Shown here one piece after another: positions 38,721 through 51,746 of a stretch of DNA of 64,000 bases. Made by a program: the position numbers and the translations under genes. The DNA is from Batkoa obscura. Lineage: Eukaryota. The notes under the pieces are model-generated. The model saw nothing but the letters and a program-made list of their open reading frames with translations. It was not told the DNA's origin and did not search any database. The stretch is taken from assembly GCA_030770535.1 (NCBI GenBank), contig JASVEC010000016.1, positions 248,001 to 312,000 on the forward strand, in the 5' to 3' direction. Position 1 is the first letter of the stretch. Each line of letters begins with the position of its first letter.

Positions 38721-40264
38721 TTACGAAAGTCTTGCATCTTCCTCCTTTGATTTAGTTTGAACTTCAACCACATTATCCTTCTTACGTTGTTTCAATATAT
38801 TAGAAATATAGAACTCTCCTGCTTTATAGGAAGATCTTACTAGTGGTCCACTAGCAACATATTTAAACCCTAAAGAATCTCCCATCTTTTGCCAATGTGC
38901 AAATTTTTCTGGTGTCACATACTCACTAACCTTCATATGTTTCTTAGTTGGGCGCATATACTGCCCTAAAGTTAAGCAATCTACATCGGCTGCACGTAAA
39001 TCTAAAATATATTAATTAGTCCTCTATTTAAGTAGTCTCGTAAATTTTAACATACCCTTCATAGTTTGCAAGACCTCTTCATCACGCTCACCACAACCTA
39101 GCATGATAGAGGTCTTTGTTATCAAACTTGGAACTGTTTTTTTAGCATGCTCTAAAACAGCTAAAGATTGACGGTATTTAGCACGACGGTCACGAACATA
39201 GGGTGTAAGGTCCTCTACTGTCTCTAAATTATGAGCATATACATCAAGTCCAGAGCGTGCGACTCGTGCCACATCATCTAAATTCCCTTGGAAATCTCCT
39301 GTTAAGCATTCAACTAAGATCTGTGGTGCTCTTGATATCTATGTTAAAATATAACTCAAAAAACTAATAGACTGCTTACTTTTGTTTGATTTTCATGATA
39401 GTTGAAGCAAAATGGTTTGACCCACCATCGCTTAAATCTATGAATAAAGTTAATAAATTGTTATATATATGATGCTAAATTTTATAATTACCATCACGAT
39501 CAACAGAAGTTAAAACAACATAATCGAGACCCCATCTTGAAATGGCTTCAGCAGTATGTTCAGGTTCATGGGGGTCTAAAGGTTTTGGGTTTCGGTTTGT
39601 TTTAACTGAACAAAATCTGCAGCCTCTAGTACATTCATCTCCCATTAACTTATAAAATAAGACCAAATTTTAATATAAATAAATAAAAATTACCATGATA
39701 GTAGCTGTGGCTGTTTGATGCTCGCCACCGCCCCAACAGTCTGAGATGTTTGGACATTTAGCCTCTTCACAGACCTAAAATTCTAGTTTAACTCTATTCT
39801 CTAATTTGAATTAATTTATTACTGTATGTAGCTTTAATTCTCTTAAGTTTTCCTTTATCTTAGTAAAATTTTTTCCCATTGGTATATCCGTTTTAAGCCA
39901 TTGTGGTAAACGTACACTATTAAATTTAATATCTGTTACTTATTATCAATATTATGCCTTACTGTTTTGATTTCCCTTTTGTGCTTTGTGCTTTGGTAGG
40001 ATTAACTGGCTCTTTGAGCTCCAAAGCTTCTTCTGGTGTCAAAGGTTTTTCTTTGGTACTAACGAAATCAGCAAAACTTGGTCCTTCTTTTAATTTTTTC
40101 GAAAAATCGATATCTTTCTTTTGTTTGTTCTTGGTTGGTTCTAGTTTGATATTGGATATGTTGGCCAAAGTACGTAGAGGAGTTTTTTGAAACTAATTGA
40201 TTATTATTGGCATTAAATTAAAGAAAACATTGCTTACCTTGGAAATATGTTTCGCAAATATCAT
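38721..40264 (-). CDS. LIP5: Lipoyl synthase, mitochondrial (radical SAM), multi-exon
   Basis: [53 protein letters not shown]. Confidence 0.97.
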
Positions 40265-40728
40265 TGTTTGTGTTATTGTTCCTTTCATTTTTAAAAATTA
40301 TAGTAATAAAAAATGATTTTGAATTTTAGCTTTCGAAAATTTCGTAAAACTTTTTTTCCATTTTTGAACTACATAATTTTTAAATTTGCTATCGATCGCT
40401 GATTTGTTGTCACAATAAGTAAATTTTTAGATTAATCTTAGATTGAGGTAAGTTAAGTCAAAAATATAAAATAATTCAAAATATTACTTGTTTATATTTT
40501 GGATATACATAACTCAACCAAGGGTTTCAGTAACAATTTGAAAAAATATCAATGTGTAGTTTTATGATCATTTTTTTTATGGGCTTATTTGATTGTTAGG
40601 TTATAAATTTTTGATTTGAGTTAGCTTTTATATCCTATAAAAACAGTCTTTATGATTGGTCAAAATAAATCCCACCAAAAATAAGTTTGAATTTTTGGGA
40701 TTCTATAAACTAAACTTGTTGAATTAAA

Positions 40729-41086
40729 ATGATTGTACCAGTAAGGTGTTTTTCATGTGGTAAAGTAGTCGGAAATGTATGGGAACATTACAAATCAAGG
40801 ATGGCCAATGATGGACTCAGCAAAAAGTAATCAAATACAATTTTTCATTAAAAATTATACTGAAATTTCTATTACTAGAGAAGCCTTGGATGATTGTGGT
40901 TTAACTCGCTATTGCTGTAGAAGAATGATTTTGACCCATGTTGACTTGATTGAAAAATTACTTTTATACAATCGTAAGCTATTATTCATTATTTTTTTGT
41001 TTATATGTTTACCATATTTTATAGCAAATGAGTTCGATCAACAATATAAAAACAATTTAGTTAAACAGCATAAAAACCAGCACTAA
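40729..41086 (+). CDS. RPB10: RNA polymerases I/II/III subunit RPABC5, 3 exons
   Basis: [15 protein letters not shown]...[27 protein letters not shown]. Confidence 0.97.
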
Positions 41087-41909
41087 AAATATTTCAAGTA
41101 TTTTTATTGTATATTTGCCTAAAGAATTGAGCCTTTAAGTTAAACTTGCTTCTCTTATTTTATTATTGGAAAGGATAAAGTAGATAGATTAAAATTATTT
41201 TTTAAAATCAAAAATAAATTTCAAAAAGTATAAATTTAACTATATTAAGCACGATTCTGACTTTATGTAGATGTTAAAATAAACTTTCGTGGTAATTAAA
41301 TTAAAATAACTTGGTATTTATAGTAAAAAGAATATAATATAATGAGATACAATTGTAAGCATAATGAGTGACAGTTTTCACCATTTTATAAACGTATCAT
41401 TGAATTAGACTGTATTTGTTTTGATTAAAAGAATGAGCGGTTGAATATAAACAAACTTGTACTTATATTCTAGTCACTAACATTTTGCAAAATTTTATTG
41501 TTAGTCGATTTATCACTTCTATTCACTTTTAAATAAAATTGAATTTAGTATCCAATACTCCTTATTATATATATGTAGGCTACTAACCAATATCTACCTT
41601 AACTTATTAACAAGATGTAATAAAAGTAACCTTATCTTTTATATTATATGATATCAAAACTCTTAAGTTTAACATATAGCTTTTACCAAAAATGCATCCC
41701 TAAGGTGGCGTCTTTTAAGAAATAGTAGTTAGAAGCATCAGATAAAATAAAGCATATCGATAAAAGACTATAAGATGCAGGGAATTTTTAAATTGATAAC
41801 ATTAGTTAAATGTAGAGTTTTAATTAAAGCTTTTATGATTTTGCTAAATAATCCAGTATATAAAAAACTACAGCATCTAACAGGAAACAAACCTTTATTT
41901 AAAACATTA

Positions 41910-41991
41910 TACGGGGATGTTTTTTTTGGCTTCATTATTTGAGTGGAAAAATTGTGAGTAAAATTCTTAAATACAAAAATACATCCCCATA
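41910..41991 (-). mobile_element. MITE family copy 9 (internally deleted, 82 bp)
   Basis: TACGGGGATG...CATCCCCATA; lacks the GCGCTTAAAA..GGAAA segment. Confidence 0.9.
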
Positions 41992-42023
41992 CTTTAATGT
42001 ATGATAGCAAATATTTAAAAACG

Positions 42024-42105
42024 TATGGGGATGTATTTTTGTATTTAAGAATTTTACTCACAATTTTTCCACTCAAATAATGAAGCCAAAAAAAACATCC
42101 TCATA
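42024..42105 (+). mobile_element. MITE family copy 10 (internally deleted, inverted twin of copy 9)
   Basis: Reverse complement of copy 9 with two mismatches. Confidence 0.9.
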
Positions 42106-42660
42106 TGTATATTTTATGATTGTAAGCGTTTTATTTAATATTTGTGTCCCTCTAATGTGTGAATACCATTATACTCACACCGATTAGTTGGCTTTGTATT
42201 TAAATAATCTTAATTTTTAATATTCTTTTTGTATGCATTAATGAAACATCTAGATAATAAAAAATGATAAGACATTTGATGTATAAAAACAAGTAGATAC
42301 AAATAAATAGGTTTGTTTTAAAATGCAAATCATTAAATATAGCACTATTTCCCTAAATCTGTTATTGAAAAGCTATAGTTCTAAACCGAAGTCATATAAA
42401 ATTTATTCATAAAGTCAAACCAGGCTTTTAGACTTGTTCATACAAAATCAAACCATGTGTACTTTTAAGTTATTATTAGCTCTTCTATAAATGATCGTAT
42501 ATTAAGTGAGCACCTTTCTGAAATTGAATTTTTTTTTCCGAATATTTCGTACGATATATTCAAAAAATATAAAATAACTGTTTTTCATGGATTATAAATC
42601 CAGCAATATAAATTTTATTAACATATATCTTTTAGTAAAAATGTAAATCAAATTATTTAT

Positions 42661-45600
42661 CTATTGTGGTGCGGCTACTTCTTCAGCAACAACATTACGC
42701 CTTTCTCTAGCTTTAATTATAACGTCGTCTAAGATTAACTTAGATTCTGGGTCAACCCCTGAAATTAATGCTTGGAAGGCGGATGGATCTCTAGCTTCCA
42801 CTTCATTTAATGAATCCTGGAAATAAATATAAGCATCTAACTCTTCAATTGGTGATTTAGATGGTTCTGCATCTATGATATCTTCATACATATATGAGTC
42901 ATCATCTGAATCGTCGGTTTCCCCATCTTCATTATCTTCCCCTTGTGCTTCGTCAATCATTTGCTGAATATGGTTTCTATCTTCAATGCTCAAATCATCC
43001 GAATCATTATCGTCATCATCTAACAAAAAATGAATAATAATTAAAATAAAGTCAATTAAAATTACCTTCTTCTACAGTTCCACCATCTGCTGTAGCACTT
43101 ATATTATCTGGGTCAGTGTTATCGTAGTTATTGCTAATTTCATTGAGAGCTTCTTGGCGTCCTAAAATAAGATAAAAAATGAACGATTAAAAACAAGAAG
43201 TAAAATTTACTCTTTTCAGCATCTGGAAGTCCTTTGAAATTTGATGAAACACCATTTAATATATGAGCCCAGCCCCCTTTAAGAGTTTCTGGTAATTGGT
43301 TGTATGGGAACTTAATTACATTACATAAAGCAACAATACATAGTTTTTTATCATGCACTCTAAATTCATTGTTAGTTTATCTTATCATTCCTAGATTTGA
43401 TTTACTTACATGCTTAACTCTTCAAATTGTTGGAACCAAATAGTAAAGAATCCAGATGTCCACCCATTCTCTTCAATGATGTGTAAAGCACTTGAAAAGT
43501 CAATAGCTAAGCAGGACACAACAAGTAATACTAAAGTTGAAGTTAATCTTTTTAACCCAATATCGCCATGATTGACCAAACGTTGGAAAGCATATTTAAG
43601 CACTGGTTCAAATAAAAGTTGTGAACATTGTTGTAAATTAAGTATCATTAAAATCAAAAGTCGGGTAGCTTTAAGTTTGTCGTATTCTGAAGTATCATTA
43701 TCGTTGCAAATATGCGAAATAGTTAAATATACTTTTTCAAGTAGAACACGGTTTTGAGCTATTTCTATATTTCCCTTGATGATTATACTATCGAGGTATT
43801 GATGTGCATGTGAAAAATAATCCAAAACATTGTTGGTGATCAAACTATGGACAATATCAAATATTTCCCAGAGTCCAGGTGTAACCGTTTGAAGAGAATA
43901 AATTAATCCATCAGCTAACTCAAATGCTTCTTCAAATAATAAATCCACATTATTCGTAAAGATGTGGTGAACTACATGTACAAGCATAGGTTCAATTGGG
44001 AATAAAATATCTTTCTTTCCTTCCAAGCCATATAATAAAGACACGATAGTACGAATGATACCTGATGCTGAATAGATCTTATCATTTTTTTCGGTATAGG
44101 CTTGTTCAGTCTCGTCACCTAGCGAAGCGATTTCATTAAATAAACGTTTAAGGGTCATAACCAACGATTCACATAAAGAGCTGGTGTAAGGTACCAATTT
44201 TTCATTGAAAGCTTCAACTAGAACCTCAATAACTAAAGATAAAGGCTCAACATCTACTTGACTTGTTAAAAATAAAAGTTGTTCCATGATTTGAGGTACT
44301 TGGTTTTCTACTACACTAATTACAGTTTCATATTGTAATAACTGTCCGATTGTGAGTGCAGCGATAACACGATTTTGTATTTGGGATTCACTTAATAAAG
44401 GCAATACATTTTCGTAACACAATGTAGCTGTGGACTCATTTGAGAACTGAAGCTCTGATAAACGGTGAACTATTGAGCAGGCACGATATCTAACAAATTG
44501 ATTTGGATTTTTCAACTCTGGAAGGACAAGTTGAACTAAACACTGTTCAGTTTGAAGACGAATTTTGGAATTGGATTCAATTAACCAATGATCAATACAT
44601 TCTAAGATAGCCAATGCTGCATCTTTTTCATGATCTGTTTGTGGATTGGATGGGATGTCTTTATTCTTACTTAATACCCCAATAACAAAATCCAATAACC
44701 CATTAAGCGTATACTTCTTTTTAGATTCTACCATTTCTTCTAATAAATATAAACAAGCATCTGTAAGTGAATTCTTTTCCTTTTGGATTTCAATGCGTTG
44801 ATTAATAAATTGCGAAGGATTATCTTCCCAGCTTGCTTCATCAGTAGCAGTATAGCCAAGGTTTGGATAGATAAGATCTTTAATAAGCCTTTCGGTATGC
44901 GGTTTAATAACATCCCAAGTAACTCGGTGAGTGAAACAAACACCAAAATAATCGATCAACTTAATGAGCACCTTTTTGCTAACCCAGGCCTTGTTATCCA
45001 AATAATTGTAAAGTTGTTTAAGATAGACATTGCAAATGTTAGGTGCAAAATGTGAAACAAATTGTTTTGCAAATTTATAATATTTGCTTTTTGTACTCAT
45101 ACCAGATGGATTACCGTATCTACAATAAATCAATTAATAAGCGATAGTTGTTGATATTATATGTTAATTTACCTATTGAATAATAAGTTTAAACATACAG
45201 CAGCCCATTTTTGAGCTAACACCCAAGGTGCATCTTCTCTTTCTTCTAAATCATTTGGTAACAACTGAGGAGGAAGCTCTTTTTCAATTATTCTAATAAA
45301 CAAATTCCCCCATCCAATCAATGTATTTGGCTCTTGTTGAGATTTAGTAAGAATGACCTATGGGTTTAACTTAAATATTGAATTACTATTTTTTAAATAT
45401 GATTACTTTCGTTCCATCTCTATATATCTTCAATGAAAGACGAATGAGTAAAGCAGCTTCATTTGTATTATCAGCTACCAATGTATTACAGATGGATAAT
45501 ATTTGAGGGAAAGTAGTATCAGCAAGTATTGCGATAAGTTCAGCACCCCCTTTTGAAGTTCTATAACTAAGAAGGAGGTTAAATAAGACAAAAGAATAAA

Positions 45601-46241
45601 AATGCTAAACTTACCCAGCAACTTTAAACAATTGGCGAAGTGAAAGAAGACCACAATGGATAAGGTTATAGTCTTCGGAATTAATTAATTCGCTAACTGT
45701 TGGTATAAATTCTGTCCATTTGTCTGGAAATTCATCATCAAGTATAAAACAGATGGCCTCAGAAAGAATTTCTCTATAGCAAAATTATTAAAACAAGTTC
45801 TTTTTCATCTTTTTTTTTATTACCTGATGTTCTCCTTTAAAGTAGGTAAAGCCTTCAAAATATTGGCCTTTATAAATAGTTTATCTTGGTTATCTATTAG
45901 AACAGTATCAGCAGGTAGGCTGGGGTAGTTAGCCCAAGCCTTTTTTATTCTGTTTTTTATGTAGACAGAAGCTGAATAATAATAAAATAAGGCAAAATAT
46001 AATAAACTTGTTTTTTTAATTTACCTGAAAGTTTGATTTCATCTGGAGTTTCCTTTGAGCTAATTAGTTCCAATATATGAGATAATAAGTTAGCTTGGCC
46101 TTCATACTATAGAAACTTAGATAAGAAATAATAATAAAAACGGTAATTAAACTTTACACTTTTAAGAGTTTGTTCTCCCTCCTTACGAATATTGGGGTCC
46201 GCTTGAAGCGTTTTACTAAATACTTCAAGTATATTTTGCAT
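42661..46241 (-). CDS. Importin-7/8-like karyopherin beta (Nmd5/Sxm1 family), multi-exon, probable 5'-UTR intron 46258-46305
   Basis: IBN_N start (TLQADPNIRKEGEQTL, SVYIKNRIKKAW), FPDKW, PWVLAQKWA, RYGNP, WEDNP, HDKKL and acidic C-terminus. Confidence 0.9.
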
Positions 46242-47722
46242 CTTGTATGTTGAATATCTAGAAATAAATTAGTAAAATAACTAAAATATTAACTAAGCTT
46301 CTTACACTAATTATTTAAAAATAAAGTACTAAAACCAAAATTTAAAATATAGTAAATAGTATATTTTATCTATAAATTAAAGCTATTATCTATCAACTTT
46401 AATCTATTTAAAAAAATTAATGGAACACCAAATTTTTAATTCTTGTTTCGATTTTATTTATCCAATCCTTTTTAGAATTAGTTTTTATTGGGGGTTTTTG
46501 GAATTTAAAATTTTCCCTATTAAGGCTTTTTAAGTAAAGATTTCTAATATTAATAATAGTTTAAATGACGACTTCTTGAAGTTTAATTGATTATTTAAGC
46601 TATTACATTAAATTGTTATGTTAAATTAGAACTCTAAAGTATCAACTGTTAGTAAATCAAATTTATTACCAGTATTTGAAAATTATGTGCAAAGGTTGTG
46701 AAATGGTAAAATAACATCTCTAGACTAAAAATAGTAGATTATCTATATCTAGAAATTGTAACAAAAAAACTAATATTTTATAACTTGTATAAATTGGATA
46801 CTAAAAACTAATTACGTTGAATATTAACAAGATTACCTAATACTTGAATAAAAGATTCAATCATATAGGTTATTTTTTATGTAATTGCTTTATAGAAGCC
46901 TATTTAATAGCATTTTTACAAAAGCACTTAGAACTTCATTTTATGTAGTTTGTTCAGGTTATGGAATTTTATTTATAAGTTTATTAGTTATAATGAATAA
47001 ATGTCTGGGTAAAAAGTATGATTGAGATATTCGATAAATTGATTTTCATAGAGTAAAAAGCCTTCCAGTTGCTTTGAAAAAACAACGAACTCTCTTACAA
47101 ATACATTTCAATCTTGACAAATAACAATATCCTTTTGGGACTTTTTTTAAAAAAGATTACAGCTTTTTTATAAATATATATGTTCTTGTTCACAATTAAC
47201 ATTAATTTCTTGCTATTATCTAATTGGCTAATTTTAAAATTCTGGGATAAAGACAAAAATCAAGTTTAATTTTAATTATCTTCATCTCTCAATCTTTCCC
47301 CATTGCCTACCTTACCTTATGACAGTTTCTTGGGCGTGCTACATATATTATTCTCCACTAACACTATACCTAAGGTGCTAGTCCTCTCGAACAGTCTATA
47401 GATTATACATAAAAGCTACATGGTTTTACAATTTAATCTATCCAGTGAGAACAATATTCCTTTTAATCCCTTCTCTCTCACCACTATGTGGGACTCCATC
47501 TGGAGGCTGAAAATGAAATAGATCTTATTTCATCTTCCTGACTATTCCAAAAGTGGGTGAGTATTGGAATCGCTTCCTATCTTACTAGGTGGTTCCCCTT
47601 CATAGCTTAATCTCTCAAGCTTACTGATTTGGGTATTCATGTTTTGTTTTAGTTAATAAAACAGTTAGGGCCCTAGCCTTTCAAGAGTGTAAAAAAAACT
47701 GTTTTTTAAAATAAAATTAATA

Positions 47723-47825
47723 TATGGGGATGTATTTTTTTATTCAAGAATTTTACTAACAATCTTTTCACTCAAATAGCGCTTAAAAATGGAAAAGTAA
47801 TGAAATCAAAAAAAGCACCCCCATA
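47723..47825 (+). mobile_element. MITE family copy 11
   Basis: TATGGGGATGT...GCACCCCCATA full copy. Confidence 0.9.
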
Positions 47826-49124
47826 TGTTAAATATAGTAAATTTGATTAAAAAATATTGATACTAATGAGTGTACTGTTGATCCCTTTAGTGTTATCTAA
47901 TACTTGAAAAATGATGCTAAAGTATAAATAAATTACTTTGTTGTTTAGTATCTTATTTCAGTGCAATAGTTAAAACTATTAAAACCGACAACTTAATATT
48001 ATGGTAGAAGACACTCCTTCAAATGAAAATCTAGATTTGGTTATCATATCTATTAAGCTGCTGCATTTTATTTCAGTTTTATCTATTATTTATTAACCCA
48101 TATCATTCATAATAAAGTTGATTTTCTAAACTCACGATAAAGTAATGTAATACTTTATCCATTATTTAAAACGTTAATACAAAAGTAATAAACAATAGCG
48201 GGTTTGAGAGAAAGAGATTACTACCTTGTCAAAATCTAAATCCAGTTTGCATAACAAAACATTAACATTAATATTTAAGATATCTCTGGAAATCCATAAT
48301 TTAAAAGTGGAGCAGAAACAGCATTAGTTATGATAGCTGGGATATCGTATAGTATCATGCCATTAAAATTGCAATGAATCAAAATTATTTTTCCATGAGT
48401 AGTCTTGAAATATATATTAAAGCCATTAAGGGGCCTTAGCAAATTCAGTGAATCTTTTTCCAGATCTAAAGAGATAAACTTTAATCTATTAAACTTTTTT
48501 TTGCTAAGTACTAGTGGCACCTAACTTGATTACTAAAAACAAAAGTTTACTTAGATAAAGCTGGGGTCCTTCAGGACAATTGAAACATAAAGATAATATA
48601 ATTCAACCAATTTAAATTAACTCTGCTGACTTTCTGTCACTCTGTTTCATAAGCTCCAATGATTCTGCAGAGTAAAGTAATATCTTTTACAAAGGTGATT
48701 TTCATATCAAAAAATGACTTTAAGTATCCAATACTTTAAAAAAATTACAACTAACAAAGTTCAAATCAAAGTAGACCTTATTTAGAGTGCTAGTGTTAAG
48801 CACTGTAGTTTTTGAAAATTCAGATTTGATCCTCTACTCAAGGGGAAGTAAGCATACTAGGCACTGGAAGAAATGGCCCTGTGGTTTAGATGAAGTCAGA
48901 CAACTGCAAATCATATGAATAGCACTGAATATTATTGATCATATTAACCACATGATATGCTAAAAATCTCTAAGGATTATTTTATCATGGATTTTAGTTG
49001 AGTTCATGGGCGAAAAAAACATTTTCATTATTTATTTGATTTTCTTATTCACTTTTTATTAGTTCAGCTAGAGAAAATAAAGTTGATGCTTTTATTTTTA
49101 TGAATAGCAATTTTTATATCAAAA

Positions 49125-50660
49125 ATGGAAGTCAACATTGAAAAAGAAAGAGAAGAAGCATCAGTTAAAGTAGAACAAAAGGAAGATGAAGCCAACAAAT
49201 ATTACAAAGATGAATTTCTCGAAGGAAATGAAAAGCTAAAGGCAGTAAATTTGTTCAAGAAACTACAAGAGAATTTGAGTAAAAAACATAAAGCCGAATG
49301 TACTAGGATGATTCAGCAGTGTGAACACAGTAGCGGCGAAAAGCAAAAAAAAATTTTAAAGGAGTTTGAGTTTCATTTGGCGATGCCTCCTTTTGTTCAA
49401 AAAAGTCATTTGAAAACATTGACCCAAAATGTGCACAGTATTTATTTTGAGTTGGATAAAGAAAAAGAGGAGAAAATTGATAGCGATAAAGTCCAAATTA
49501 CTAAAGATAAAGACGCAGATAAAAATAAAGAGGGGGACTATGTCGATACTGAAGGCAACAATAATACAAATAAAAATGACTTGGATATTGATGAAGGTAT
49601 AGAGGCGGATTTAGTAGCAGCTAATAATGAGGATTCAACTATGCTATATGAAATTAAAAAAGAAAGAATATGTATCTATCAACCAAAAGTTGTAATTTAT
49701 TCATCAAAGCATTCAAGGTAAAATAAAAGCTATTATTATCATTACTTATGATCAATTTATAGAGGTTTTAATGATAAAATCATTGCTTACAAAGGAAAAA
49801 TAAGAAAGAATGGCAAAATTTTTTATAAAGTTATTGATGAAAAGAAAAATGAAAGGATGGTAAATCGAAATTGTATAGTGTAATAATCAAATAATAATAA
49901 AACGACATAGATAAATATAAGGCAAATAGGTGATAGCCATAAAATATGTAACGCATTTGAGCATTTCATATGTTATAATAATAGAGATAAAACAAAAAGC
50001 GGAAGGGAAGAGGAAGTAGAGGAGGAAGTCGAAGTTATGTTATCGGACCCAATTATAGATAGATCTGAAGAGTATGTTAAAAAGAGAATAAATCCAAAAG
50101 AGATAGAAGAGAGTATCAAAAAATATGAAAAAAATGATTATACTTCTTATACATTTCAACCTATGTTAGATGAAGACAGAGAAAAGATATTTAAAGTAAA
50201 ACCAATTTATTGCTATATTAATAAATTCACTACTTCTCATTAGAGTTTTAGTATATGCTTTTTATGTCAACAAAAATACCAGACCACTTTGGTCATGTGC
50301 AGATCGTGTACTCTGGTATGCCATAAGAAATGTACTAAAACTAAGCTACAGAAGTATCATTGGAATGAAAATTATACTCATTGTGGTTCGTGTAGGTTCT
50401 ACGATATTTGGGGACCAGCCGGAGAAATAATTGAAAAAAAAGTTCATTTAATTAGTAAGTTGTTGGTTGTTAGTATATATAGTATTAATTGAATTGAAAT
50501 AGCCGTAAAAGATGATACAAACGAGACGTCGTATCGGGTTAATACTCTTATATCTGTTAATAAGAATGGTAAGCTCATTACTTTACCTAGGATTTGGTAT
50601 GAAAAAAAGTTACCAGATATGTTTGAGACATTCTTTAAGAACAATAAGAATAAAGCTTAA
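49125..50660 (+). CDS. Uncharacterised chromatin-type protein: degenerate chromo-like + PHD finger + chromo-shadow-like, 5 exons, 447 aa
   Basis: Introns 49718-49762, 49860-49910, 50196-50243, 50455-50502 (all GT-AG) give one open 1344-nt CDS. C4HC3 finger CFLC-x10-CRSC-x4-HKKC-x16-CGSC; C-terminal KNGKLITLPRIWYEKKLPDMFETFF. Confidence 0.75.
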
Positions 50661-51746
50661 GTGAGTATAATAAGAATTAATTAAGTGAAAAAGCAGAAAC
50701 TAAAACTAAATAGCTAAAAAAGATAACCTGCTATAATAAAAGTATTTAAGTATGTAATTGTTCTTTGAATCCTATTTAATAACTCAGTTTTGATTTATTT
50801 TGATTTGATTTATAAATCAATTAGTTTTTATTTTGTATTTTATTAAGACCTTAATTTCAATACATCTGTTACAAGAACTCAACACCGTAATTTTTTAAAT
50901 TGTAAAAACAAACAATTTAATTCTACTTTATTAAGTAAAATCACTAATTAAAATTTTAAAATAGTAAAATGATAAGCATTTTTTTATTGATTTTTAATAA
51001 AATAATAATTCTTAAGAACAATATTATAATTTAATTCTAAAAGCAGATAATCTGTTTTTATGATTGAATAACTTGGCATACAACATAATACCTTATCCAA
51101 GATATGATCATATTTTGTTTGATAAAATATTAAAATTTACCACTATGATCTTTAAAAACCAATATTTCCATTTTACTCAAAAAGTTGAATAAAGTCAACT
51201 TTCAGCCTGAAAACTTCCCAGAATTATAAAGAAATTGCAAAGATTGTTCAACGAAAAATTGTACTCACTACTAACAAACTAAACTGCAATTTAAGTTATC
51301 CAAAAGCATAATTTTAAAACCAATTCGAATTAAAATGAAATTCAACTTAATGAATGAGCCAATCGTCAGTTCAAAATGAGTAAAATTTCAAAAAAAGGAT
51401 TCAAATTTGTTGAAAGAACCAATCAAATTTCATTATTTCAGATTTTAAGCGAATAAAAAATAAAATGATTAAAAAAGGGGGGGTGGACAGTCTTAAAAGT
51501 TTAGTTATTACAATTACGTAGCATCTTTTCAGCAACTAAAAAAGGGTTTAACTTTTACTTTTTACAGACGCACCAGCAATTGATTGGGGAAATCGATTAA
51601 CTACAAAATTTTAACGTTCATTTAAACTTGTCGTTTCTTTTTAAACAGAAATTAGCTTATTAAACTTCCACTATTTTATAATATTTTATCTATTCTATAT
51701 ACCATCTTCTCGCTAGCAATATTAGTATTAATTTACAATTCTATTT

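Noticed and set aside
41768..42076. 102-aa ORF (also ORFs 5545-5757 and 13514-13759)
   Set aside because: They run through MITE copies and are chance open frames.
5621..47825. Recurring ~105-bp repeats or the 18-bp array as a CRISPR-like locus
   Set aside because: Copies are dispersed with TIRs, or tandem without spacers; the context is eukaryotic and no cas-like ORF is present.
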